From Candidatus Caccousia avicola (GTDB lineage: Bacteria; Bacillota; Clostridia; Oscillospirales; Acutalibacteraceae): a stretch of DNA of 64,000 nt. The notes beneath the pieces were generated by a model. The model saw nothing but the letters and a program-made list of their open reading frames with translations, made no database searches and was not told where the DNA came from. Shown here piece after piece: positions 45,528-53,736 of this stretch (its first letter is position 1; each line of letters begins with the position of its first letter). The stretch is taken from NCBI GenBank assembly GCA_018712435.1, contig DVGZ01000052.1:17504-81503 (forward strand), written 5' to 3'. A program made the position numbers and the translations under genes.

Positions 45528-45590
45528 TGAAGTTTTCGCTCAAGCCTTTTTCAAAAGGCTTGTCGGGGTGAAGGGGGTGAAACCCCCTTC
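45528..45590 (+). repeat. Intergenic double-hairpin repeat element, copy 1
   Basis: GAAGTTTTCGCT-CAAGCCTTTTTCAAAAGGCTTG-TCGGGGT-GAAGGGGGTGAAACCCCCTTC. Homologous to the reverse complement of 61101-61165. Confidence 0.75.
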
Positions 45591-45710
45591 GAATCGCCAC
45601 GCGAAGCCCCAGAAAGCCAGAAAAAACAGCGAAGCGCCTTTTTTCGGACGTTCCGCACCCCCAGCCGCAACGCATTTGCTTTCCTGCGGCACCCTCTTTT
45701 CGATAAGCTG

Positions 45711-45755
45711 ACGGGCCCCCATGCCGATGATAGTTGCATCAGCATGGGGGCCCGT
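45711..45755. terminator. Strong hairpin (bidirectional terminator) between the convergent beta-helix and GH42 genes
   Basis: Perfect 14-bp stem ACGGGCCCCCATGC/GCATGGGGGCCCGT, 17-nt loop. Flanked by inverted TCGATAA/TTATCGA. Confidence 0.75.
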
Positions 45756-45777
45756 TCCTTTTATCGAATCTTCCGTT

Positions 45778-47826
45778 TTATTTCACAGGGTTCAGCACAA
45801 CGACTCCATAAGCCGGAAGCGAAAGCGTCTCTTCGCACGCTCTTCCAGTTTCCGCATTCACAAAGCTGCCGGGGAGAGCGATCTCCACAGCGGAATCCGA
45901 GAAGTTCTGCACGAAGAAGAATTCGCGTCCCGTGGAAGCGTCGCGGCGCAGCGAGACCGTCACATTGGCGGGCAAATCCATATCCAGATTGCGCAGACCC
46001 AGATCGCGGATCAGCACGCCCAGGAAATCATTCAGGAAATCCTGACCGGTGCGGCAGGCGATATAGTAAGCGCGGCCATTGCCGAAGGAATTCACCGTCA
46101 GAGCCGGGGTTCCGGCGTAGAACTCCGCGCCGTACTCCGCCAGCGTGCGGGCCGTCGTGACGCGCACCAGCTGGCACAGATCGCCCGTCTGATATTCGCG
46201 TGCAAGGCCGTGCAGGCCGCTGTCCGGCAGCAGACGCAGGGAATTTTTGTCGTGCGGATACAGTGCGTCGATCTCCGTCTGCTCCAGCCCGAACACCGCG
46301 TCGAGGCCCTGTCCCGGCGTACCGCCGAGGAAGCACAGATCGTTTTCATCCACCACGCCGGTCCAGTAGGTGCCGACGAGAACGCCGCCGTTTTCCACAA
46401 AGCGGCTCAGCTTCTCCGCGATTCCGGCGCGCAGCAGATAGAGCATCGGAGCGACCACCAGCTTATACGGCGTGAAATCCGCCTCCTCGTCCACCACGTC
46501 CACGTTCACGCCCTGATCGAAGAACGGGCGGTACATGGCAAGCAGATCCTCCATAAAGCCCTTCTGATACTGGGTGTTGTGCAGGCCCTTCATCTCGCCC
46601 AGCGCCCAGCGGTTCTCCACATCGTGGATCACGGCCACACGCGCCGGGAACACCGTGCGCACCGTATCGGTCAGCGCGTGCAGACGCTCTCCCACCCGCG
46701 CCACGTCGCGGAACACGCGATGATCGGCGGAACCGTCATGATCGACAACAGCCCCGTGGAATTTCTCCGCGCCGCCGCGGCCCTTGCGCCACTGGAAATA
46801 CTGGACGCTGTCCGACCCGTGGGCCACAGCCTGGAGGGAGGCCAGCTCGTGCATACCCGGACGGCGAAGGCGCGCCACAGGCTGCCAGTTTGTCGCGCTC
46901 GGGGAGGATTCCATCATCAGGAAGGGCTCTCCCGGTTTGAGGGCGCGCATCCAGTCATGCGCCATGGCGATATACGCGGGCAGAGACTCCTGACCGTTAT
47001 GCCAGTTCGGGTAGTTATCCCAGGAGATCACGTCGCAGACCTCGCGGAATTTGCCGTAGTTCAGACCGTCGTAAAAGCCCATCATATTGGTGGTGACAGG
47101 CACCTCCGGGGAGAAGGTACGCAGCGCGTCCTTTTCCGCCTGCATGAAATCCACGGCCTGATCGGTGGTGAAGCGCTTCCAGTCCAGAATCAGGTTGTGA
47201 TGCGCCGTTTCGCCGATCCCCTCGATGGAAGAAGTAATCTGATCCCAGGAGGAATAGCTGTGGCTCCAGAAGGAGGACCAGTAAGTATGGTTGAGGTTCT
47301 CCAGCGTACCGTATTTCTTTTTGAGCCATTCCCGGAATGCCGCCTGGCACAGCTCACAATGGCACTCGCCGCCGTATTCGTTCGAAATATGCCAGAGAAC
47401 CACGGCGGGATGCTTGCCAAAGCGCTGTGCCAGCGCGCTGTTCATCTGGCGCACCTTTTCCCGGTACACGGGGGACGTCCAGCAGTGGTTGTGACGCTCG
47501 GCAAACAGGATTCTGCGGCCGTCCGGATTGACGCGCAGCACCTCGGGATATTTTTCGGCCATCCAGGCGGGACGCGCGCCGGAAGGCGTGGCCAGCACGG
47601 TATAGATGCCGTTTTCATACAGGTTGTCTATGATCTGGGCCAGCCAGTCAAAGTCATACTTTCCCTCTTCGGGCTCCAAACGCTCCCAATCGAAGATCCC
47701 GACAGACATGGCGTTGCAGCCCGCCAGCTTCATCAGGCGGATGTCCTCTTTGAGAATTTCCGGATGATCCAGCCACTGACCGGGGTTATAATCGCCGCCG
47801 TGAAGCAGCGCATTCCAGTATTTCAT
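45778..47826 (-). CDS. Beta-galactosidase, GH42 family (682 aa)
   Basis: Starts MKYWNALLHGGDYNPGQW after GGGAGGAA. Acid/base region WHISNEYGG. No signal peptide. Confidence 0.9.
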   Translation of the reverse strand: MKYWNALLHGGDYNPGQWLDHPEILKEDIRLMKLAGCNAMSVGIFDWERLEPEEGKYDFDWLAQIIDNLYENGIYTVLATPSGARPAWMAEKYPEVLRVNPDGRRILFAERHNHCWTSPVYREKVRQMNSALAQRFGKHPAVVLWHISNEYGGECHCELCQAAFREWLKKKYGTLENLNHTYWSSFWSHSYSSWDQITSSIEGIGETAHHNLILDWKRFTTDQAVDFMQAEKDALRTFSPEVPVTTNMMGFYDGLNYGKFREVCDVISWDNYPNWHNGQESLPAYIAMAHDWMRALKPGEPFLMMESSPSATNWQPVARLRRPGMHELASLQAVAHGSDSVQYFQWRKGRGGAEKFHGAVVDHDGSADHRVFRDVARVGERLHALTDTVRTVFPARVAVIHDVENRWALGEMKGLHNTQYQKGFMEDLLAMYRPFFDQGVNVDVVDEEADFTPYKLVVAPMLYLLRAGIAEKLSRFVENGGVLVGTYWTGVVDENDLCFLGGTPGQGLDAVFGLEQTEIDALYPHDKNSLRLLPDSGLHGLAREYQTGDLCQLVRVTTARTLAEYGAEFYAGTPALTVNSFGNGRAYYIACRTGQDFLNDFLGVLIRDLGLRNLDMDLPANVTVSLRRDASTGREFFFVQNFSDSAVEIALPGSFVNAETGRACEETLSLPAYGVVVLNPVK

Positions 47827-47956
47827 TTTCAGTTCCTCCCTGTTTTTCTCCACCCGCCCGGTATAGCGGGGGATTATTTCCTTTGTAAGGATACCATACT
47901 CTTCAAAAATGTAAATGGAAAAATGGAGGAAGTTTTGGGAAAAATCAGCTTTTTAC

Positions 47957-48247
47957 TCAGTGAGCCAACAGAAAATACAGCGCAATTCCAACCGCCACGA
48001 CAACACACGCTCCCACCGCCCACCAGACGGCGTAGGACTTCTTTTTCTCCTCCCGTTTGACGTAAACGTAGTCGTCATCGTCCTTCTTCGGCGCCTCCTG
48101 CTTGATCTTGGAAGGCGTTTTTTTGATTCTCTCGTAATCCATGATCAGTCTGATATTTTCATCCAGTGGTTCTCCACACTGCTCGCAAAAATGGCGTTCA
48201 TCGTCATTCTCCTGCCCGCAGCGCCGGCATTTCTTTGACATGTACAA
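47957..48247 (-). CDS. Zinc-ribbon domain protein with C-terminal TM helix (96 aa)
   Basis: CRRCG...CEQCG zinc ribbon, Lys/Asp-rich linker, and one TM segment (AVWWAVGACVVVAVGIALYFLL). Confidence 0.6.
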   Translation of the reverse strand: MYMSKKCRRCGQENDDERHFCEQCGEPLDENIRLIMDYERIKKTPSKIKQEAPKKDDDDYVYVKREEKKKSYAVWWAVGACVVVAVGIALYFLLAH

Positions 48248-48357
48248 CTCTCGCTTTCTTTGTTTTTAAGGGGGCAAAAACTCTTTCCTAATAAAGCGGG
48301 AACGGCATGACCGCAGTCAGGGCCATGCTGTTTGCTCAAAGCGTCGATTTTATTCTC

Positions 48358-49704
48358 TCAGCCTCTCTTGTTGGAACGTCTCCAGATGTGCATTTTCTCC
48401 GCCTGGCTAATCAGCTCGTCGCGGAACTGCGGATGCGCCACGGAGATAATGGCCTCCGCCTTCTCCCAGGTGGACAGGCCCTTGAGGTTGACCATGCCGT
48501 ATTCCGTCACAAGATAGTGGACGTTCGCGCGGGTATCGGTGACGATGGAGCCGTTCGCGAGCGTCGGCAGAATGCGGGACTGCAGGTTGCCCTGCTTGTC
48601 TGTGAAGGTCGAGGAGCAGCAGATGAAGCTCTTGCCGCCCTTGGAAAGGTACGCGCCGAGCACGAAATCGAGCTGGCCGCCCGCGCCGCTGATCGGCTTG
48701 GTTCCGGCGGACTCCGCGTTCACCTGGCCGAACAGGTCGAGGTTGACAGCATTGTTGATGGAAATGAAGTTATCCAGCTCGGAGATCACGCGGACGTCGT
48801 TGGTGTAATCCACCGGCGCGACCATCAGCTCGGGGTTGTTGTCCATGTAATCATACATCTTCTTCGTGCCCGCGCCGAAAGCGTACACCTGGCGGAAACG
48901 GTTGTGGCTCTTGTTCGCGCCGGTGATCTTTCCGGCCTTCGCGATATCCACAAACGCGTCCACATACATCTCCGTGTGCACGCCGAGATCCTTGAGATCG
49001 GACTGGGCAATCAGCGAGCCGACGGCGTTCGGCATGCCGCCGATGCCGAGCTGCAGGCAGGCGCCGTTCGGGATCTGCTCCACAATCAGCTTCGCCACGG
49101 TCTCGTCGACCTCGGTAGCAGCTCCGCCGCCGCCCATCTCGGCGATCGGAGGATTCTGTCCCTCCACAATGCCCGTCACCTTCGAGATGTGGATTCCGTT
49201 TTCCGTGCCGCCAAGGCAGCGCGGCATGTTGGTGTTAACCTCCACATAGATCTGCTTGGCACGCTCGCACACGGCTCCCATGTGCGACGCGCAGGGACCG
49301 AAATTGAAGTAGCCGTGCTCGTCCATCGGGGCGACCTGGAACACCGCCACGTCGATCGGGCCCATGTTTTCGCGGTAATAACGCGGAAGTTCGGAATAAC
49401 GGATCGGGGCATAATAGGCCAGACCGGAATTCACCGCGTGGCGCTCAATGCCGGACATATGCCAGGAGTTCCAGACAAAATGCTTCTCCGGCTCCGGGAT
49501 CTTATAGATTTCGGGCACGCGCATCAGGATGCCGCCGCGGATCTTCACATCCTCCAGCTCTCCCATGCGGGCCGCCAGGGCACGGTCAATCTCCTGCGGC
49601 GTGGCGACGCACCAGCCGTAATCCACCCAGTCCCCGGATTTGACGGCGGCCGCCGCCTGCTCGGGCGAAACCAGTTTCTTTTGGTATTCCTCTGCAAAAC
49701 TCAT
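48358..49704 (-). CDS. but: Butyryl-CoA:acetate CoA-transferase (448 aa)
   Basis: Starts [32 protein letters not shown]. Near-collinear with Roseburia/Faecalibacterium But as I recall it ([36 protein letters not shown]). Only the C-terminal 448 codons of the tracked 887-aa ORF are real. Confidence 0.9.
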   Translation of the reverse strand: MSFAEEYQKKLVSPEQAAAAVKSGDWVDYGWCVATPQEIDRALAARMGELEDVKIRGGILMRVPEIYKIPEPEKHFVWNSWHMSGIERHAVNSGLAYYAPIRYSELPRYYRENMGPIDVAVFQVAPMDEHGYFNFGPCASHMGAVCERAKQIYVEVNTNMPRCLGGTENGIHISKVTGIVEGQNPPIAEMGGGGAATEVDETVAKLIVEQIPNGACLQLGIGGMPNAVGSLIAQSDLKDLGVHTEMYVDAFVDIAKAGKITGANKSHNRFRQVYAFGAGTKKMYDYMDNNPELMVAPVDYTNDVRVISELDNFISINNAVNLDLFGQVNAESAGTKPISGAGGQLDFVLGAYLSKGGKSFICCSSTFTDKQGNLQSRILPTLANGSIVTDTRANVHYLVTEYGMVNLKGLSTWEKAEAIISVAHPQFRDELISQAEKMHIWRRSNKRG

Positions 49705-49746
49705 CGTAAAAAGCCCCTTCCACAAATAATTGTCCGCAGCGCGGGG

Positions 49747-49771
49747 AAAAACAGCTCCGGCGCACCGGAGC
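49747..49771 (-). promoter_or_regulatory. Terminator-like hairpin inside the but 5' leader
   Basis: Minus strand GCTCCGG-tgcg-CCGGAGC followed by TGTTTTTCC. Lies between the predicted promoter and the but ATG. Confidence 0.35.
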
Positions 49772-49800
49772 CTGTCCTGATCCAGTATTTCATATTTATC

Positions 49801-49829
49801 ATTATAATATGACGCCGCACGGGGGTCAA
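49801..49829 (-). promoter_or_regulatory. Sigma-A-type promoter for but
   Basis: Minus strand TTGACC, 17 nt, TATAAT, about 97 nt upstream of the ATG. Confidence 0.55.
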
Positions 49830-49866
49830 GCGGAACATTGCAAATTCCGATCCGCGCGGCCCCGGC

Positions 49867-49895
49867 TTGTGTTCCACGCACACCCATGCTACAAT
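49867..49895 (+). promoter_or_regulatory. Candidate promoter for the esterase operon (divergent from but)
   Basis: TTGTGT, 17 nt, TGcTACAAT. The first in-frame ATG (49906) is only 10 nt after the -10, implying a near-leaderless mRNA or a downstream start (49945). Confidence 0.45.
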
Positions 49896-49905
49896 AAGAG
49901 CAGAA

Positions 49906-50874
49906 ATGCGAAAGGCGGGATGGCAAGTGGCAATCAACCGATATATGAAGGCCGCGCTGCGGGCGATGTCCCACGCGGAAATTGATGTGAAAAAGAATTA
50001 CCGCCTTCTGCGAACGGCGGAAACGGCCGCCAAGACGCCGAAGCTCAAAGGGCTTTACCGGACCTGGGAGCACCGCGTCATGAACGGGGAGCACCAGGTC
50101 CCGGTGCGGATCTTCCTGCCGGGGCAGGAAACCAACCGGAGTCTGCCGGTGCTGCTGTTCTTCCACGGCGGCGGCTGGGTGACGGGAAACATGGAGAGCT
50201 ACAGCCCGGTGTGCCGCGCGCTCGCGATAGCCGTGAACTGCATTGTCGCGTCGGTGGATTACCGGCTCGCCCCCGAGCATCCCTTTCCCGCCGGGCTTGA
50301 GGACTGCTACTGCGCGGCGCAGGAGCTGCTGAAAAACCCCTGGCTGCTGCGCGCCTCGCGCGAGGATATCACGATCATCGGGGACAGCGCGGGCGGCAAT
50401 CTGGCCGCCGCCGTCTCCCTGCTGGCCCACGATCGCGGCGGGCTCCTGCCTGACCGGCAGATCCTTCTCTACCCCGCCACGGCGGACGACCACAGCGAAA
50501 ACTCTCCCTTCCCCTCCATTCGGGAAAACGGGAAGGATTATCTTTTGACGTCCAAGCGGATCTGCGACTACATGGATCTGTATCTGCCGGACGCGGAGCA
50601 GCGCAAAAATCCGTACTGCTCCCCGCTGAACGCGCCGGATCTCTCCAGCCAGCCCCGCACGCTCGTCATCACGGCGGAATACGATCCCCTGCGCGACGAG
50701 GGGGAAGCCTACGCTCACCGCTTGCAGGAAGCGGGCGTGCCGACGGAGCTGTTCCGGATGCCGGACGCGCTGCACGGCTTCTTTTCCCTTCCGCCGCGCT
50801 TTTCCCAGGTGCGGAAAACGCACGAGAAGATCCGTGAGTTTCTTTCCTCCACAGCCCAGGCAGAACCGAGGTGA
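49906..50874 (+). CDS. Alpha/beta-hydrolase esterase/lipase, hormone-sensitive-lipase-like family
   Basis: Oxyanion motif HGGGW and nucleophile elbow GDSAGGN. Start uncertain (49906 or 49945). Confidence 0.8.
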   Translation: MRKAGWQVAINRYMKAALRAMSHAEIDVKKNYRLLRTAETAAKTPKLKGLYRTWEHRVMNGEHQVPVRIFLPGQETNRSLPVLLFFHGGGWVTGNMESYSPVCRALAIAVNCIVASVDYRLAPEHPFPAGLEDCYCAAQELLKNPWLLRASREDITIIGDSAGGNLAAAVSLLAHDRGGLLPDRQILLYPATADDHSENSPFPSIRENGKDYLLTSKRICDYMDLYLPDAEQRKNPYCSPLNAPDLSSQPRTLVITAEYDPLRDEGEAYAHRLQEAGVPTELFRMPDALHGFFSLPPRFSQVRKTHEKIREFLSSTAQAEPR

Positions 50875-50880
50875 CCGGAC

Positions 50881-52158
50881 ATGAATCCAAAGACGTCCAA
50901 AACATGGAACCGGCTGGACAACGCCGCCAAGATCTTCCCTCCCACCAGCACCCGCCGGGATCCGAAGGTGTTCCGCTTTTCCTGCCGTCTGACGGAGGAG
51001 GTGGATCCCGACTTGCTGCAAAAGGCGCTCGACGGGGCAATCCGGGAATTTCCGGGCTTCTGCTGCATCTTAAAGCGCGGCGCGTTCTGGTATTACCTGG
51101 AGGAAAGCCCGCTGCGCCCCAAGGTGCGCGAGGAGACAGAGCCGCCTTGCAGCACGCTCTATAAAAACTCCAAAAAACTTTTGTTTCAGGTCATGTACTT
51201 CCGGCAGCACATTGTGCTGGAGGTGTACCACGCGCTGACGGACGGCACCGGCGCGATCCAGTTCCTCAAAGAGGTGGTGTGCCGCTATCTGGCCCTGCGC
51301 CACCCGGACACGCTTGGCGGCAATCCGCCCGTCTCCGACTACGACGCGTCGTTCACCCAGAAGATGAACGACAGCTTCGATCAATACTATAATAAGAAGA
51401 ACAAGCAGCGCAATCCGGGAGATCCCCCCGCCTTCCAGCTTCGCGGCCTTAAAAACCCGGAAGGGATCCTCACCGTCATCGAGGGACTCTGTTCCAGCCG
51501 GGAGGTTCTCTCCGCCGCCAAGGCACGCGGCGTGACGGCCACCGTTCTGCTCACCTCCGTGCTGCTGCGCGCCATCGGGCTGGACATGCGGGTGGCGGAT
51601 CGCAAAAAGCCTGTTGTGCTGACGATCCCCGTCAACCTGCGCAACTATTTCGATTCCCAGTCCGCGCGCAACTTTTTCAGCCTGATTCCCGCCGTGATGG
51701 AATTCCGCGACGGTGTGCCGCCGCTTGACGACATTTTCCCTCTTGTCAAGGAACAATTCACCTCCCGTCTGACAAAGGAATATCTGCAAAACCGGCTCGA
51801 CGGGCTGGCGGGGCTCGAACACAACCCTATTTCGCGGATCGTGCCGCTGCCGATCAAGGATTTGGCCATGAAGGCCGCGTACCATATTTCGGAGCGCTCC
51901 GCCACGGCGGCGTTGTCCAACGTGGGAATTATCCGGATCCCGGAGCCGCTCATGCCCTATATTGAATTTTTCGACGTCTTTACCAGCACGCCGAAATTGC
52001 AGCTCTGCGTGTGCTCCTGCGGCGATCGCATGACGCTGTGTTTCTCCTCCGCCTTTGCTTCCCCGGATGTGCCGCGCCGCTTCTTCCGAATGCTGACGGA
52101 AATGGGGATCTCGATGACCATTATCACAAATTTGAGCGCAGAGGAGGAAACGGCATGA
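50881..52158 (+). CDS. Condensation-domain-like acyltransferase (alcohol acetyltransferase / WS-DGAT-like, HxxxD), 425 aa
   Basis: Catalytic-type motif HALTDGTG. The N-terminus [11 protein letters not shown] is typical of clostridial alcohol-acetyltransferase-annotated proteins as I recall. Starts 6 nt after the esterase stop. Confidence 0.65.
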   Translation: MNPKTSKTWNRLDNAAKIFPPTSTRRDPKVFRFSCRLTEEVDPDLLQKALDGAIREFPGFCCILKRGAFWYYLEESPLRPKVREETEPPCSTLYKNSKKLLFQVMYFRQHIVLEVYHALTDGTGAIQFLKEVVCRYLALRHPDTLGGNPPVSDYDASFTQKMNDSFDQYYNKKNKQRNPGDPPAFQLRGLKNPEGILTVIEGLCSSREVLSAAKARGVTATVLLTSVLLRAIGLDMRVADRKKPVVLTIPVNLRNYFDSQSARNFFSLIPAVMEFRDGVPPLDDIFPLVKEQFTSRLTKEYLQNRLDGLAGLEHNPISRIVPLPIKDLAMKAAYHISERSATAALSNVGIIRIPEPLMPYIEFFDVFTSTPKLQLCVCSCGDRMTLCFSSAFASPDVPRRFFRMLTEMGISMTIITNLSAEEETA

Positions 52159-52820
52159 AGCATTGTCCAAAATGCGGTGTGTTTGTCGCGGGCAACCGTT
52201 CCCTCTGCCCGCTGTGCCAATCCCCCTTAACGGGGGATTGGGACGGGGAAGCGCCGGATTTCCCCGCTCTGCCCTCCGGCTTTCCGAGACGCGCGCTTGC
52301 CCTTCGGATCCTCGCCTTTCTGACCTTCGCGGGCCTTGCCGTCTGCGCCGCCGTGAATTTCTCCATCCCGGAGCACGGCTGGTGGGTGCTTTATGTGGCG
52401 GGCGGACTTGCCAGCGCGTGGATCCTGCTGCTGCTCTTCCTGAAGAAAATGCGGTCACCGCTGAAAAATCTGATCTACCAGACGGGAGCCGCCGCGCTGC
52501 TGTGCGTGCTGTGGGATCTTGCCACCGGCTGGCACCGCTGGTCGCTGGATCTGGCTCTCCCCATTGTTTTTCTGGCCTGCATGGCGCTGATGCTGGGAAT
52601 TGCCGTGATTCGCCGGATCCCGCCCGCGGACTGTCTGCTGTACTTTGGCGAATCCATCCTGCTGGGACTGGTCCCCGCCGTTCTTCTGCTGTGCGGCGTG
52701 ATCCAGCTGCCGCTGCCGTCCCTTATCTGCGGGAGCGCTGCGGTAGTCTTTCTGGCCGGTCTTGTGATGTTCTTCTGGGGGCCGTTCTGGGCGGAAATCC
52801 GCAGAAGGTTTCATATTTAA
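52155..52820 (+). CDS. Zinc-ribbon N-terminal, polytopic membrane protein (DUF6320-like), 221 aa
   Basis: CPKCG...CPLCQ followed by about 5 TM helices. Its ATG overlaps the upstream stop (ATGA) and follows GAGGAGGAAA. Confidence 0.7.
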   Translation: MKHCPKCGVFVAGNRSLCPLCQSPLTGDWDGEAPDFPALPSGFPRRALALRILAFLTFAGLAVCAAVNFSIPEHGWWVLYVAGGLASAWILLLLFLKKMRSPLKNLIYQTGAAALLCVLWDLATGWHRWSLDLALPIVFLACMALMLGIAVIRRIPPADCLLYFGESILLGLVPAVLLLCGVIQLPLPSLICGSAAVVFLAGLVMFFWGPFWAEIRRRFHI

Positions 52821-53058
52821 CCCCGCGAATTTTCCACCGGATCCTCCCGAATTCTTGCCTGAATGGAAAGAGATTTCCGACCATGTGTAAAAAATCCGTC
52901 ATCTTTCACAACAATTATAAAGTTTAGAGCAAGATTGAGATTGCATTTCCTGGTGTTTCCTGTATACTAAAAGTACAGAATCAAGTTCGGCAATATGGAG
53001 ATTTTGTACAGAAATTTCCCGATCGCCGTCTTGTTACATTCAACGGGATGTAATACCA

Positions 53059-53657
53059 ATGAAAAAGGTTCTGAGTACCATACTGGCCGCCCTTCTCGCC
53101 GCCGGCGCACTGAGCGCCTGCCAGTCGGCTCCTGCTTCTTCCGGCACGGAGAGCACAACAGAGAGCAAGGCGGAGGAAAGCACCGCTGAGGAGAGCAAGG
53201 CGGAAGGCGGAGACGCCGCCACCAGCGACATCACGCTGACCTAAACTGCCTGAGCCTGGAGGATATGGCCGCGGCTGTCGGCTATGAGGATTATGCCGTT
53301 GCCGCTCTGCCCGCCGCTGTGCGCAACTGGGCCGGCGAGCTGATCGCCATCCCCTCTTACTCCGAGCATCCGCAGGAGGCTTTCGACCTGATCACGAAGA
53401 TCCCCTCCGGCGAGTTTGACGAGAAAATGGCTATGGCCAGCAACGGCATTCCGGCCGACACCCGCAACGAGGAGTGGCCCGAGATGCTCGCAGGCGTTCA
53501 CGAGGCGTTCAACGTGCAGACCGGCGTGTATGACTGGAACTGCGGCCTGAATGAGAACGGCGACCTCGGCACCGCTTTCCAGGATCCCGCCGCGAAGCTC
53601 TTCGAGGGCTCTCTGGACGGTCAGGGCTTCGTGGAGGCCATGGACGCTCTCTACTAG
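53059..53657 (+). pseudogene. Decayed ABC solute-binding lipoprotein gene: signal-peptide/linker fragment (61 codons, premature TAA) plus out-of-frame C-terminal 130 codons
   Basis: Fragment 1 MKKVLSTILAALLAAGALSAC (lipobox) plus a Ser/Thr/Glu linker, ending at ...DITLT-stop. Fragment 2 (53265-53657, different frame) looks like the C-terminal lobe of a family-1 sugar SBP. The roughly 250 central codons are missing. Confidence 0.6.
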
Positions 53658-53673
53658 AAAACCAACCAGGAAG

Positions 53674-53706
53674 GGGCGCGCAAGCCCACCCGGCCCGCGC
53701 CCTTTT
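53674..53706 (+). terminator. Terminator-like hairpin after the SBP remnant
   Basis: 7-bp GC stem GGGCGCG/CGCGCCC, 15-nt loop, then TTTT. Confidence 0.4.
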
Positions 53707-53736
53707 CCACACCAAAAAGAAAGAAGGCAGGAATCC

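Noticed and set aside
45364-45722. Small ORFs sharing the peptide VFAQAFFK(R/K)L here and at 60969-61181
   Set aside because: The shared peptide is the translation of the repeated double-hairpin element, read on opposite strands at the two loci. There is no RBS, and the differences between copies preserve base pairing rather than the protein sequence.
45721-48060. 779-aa + strand ORF opposite the GH42 gene and the zinc-ribbon gene
   Set aside because: Antisense artefact. It starts inside the terminator hairpin and crosses an intergenic region.
49705-51021. N-terminal 439-codon extension of the but ORF (tracked as 887 aa, 48358-51021)
   Set aside because: The extension is antisense to the esterase gene and crosses the divergent promoter region. 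CoA-transferase similarity begins exactly at MSFAEEYQ (49704), giving the expected 448-aa protein.
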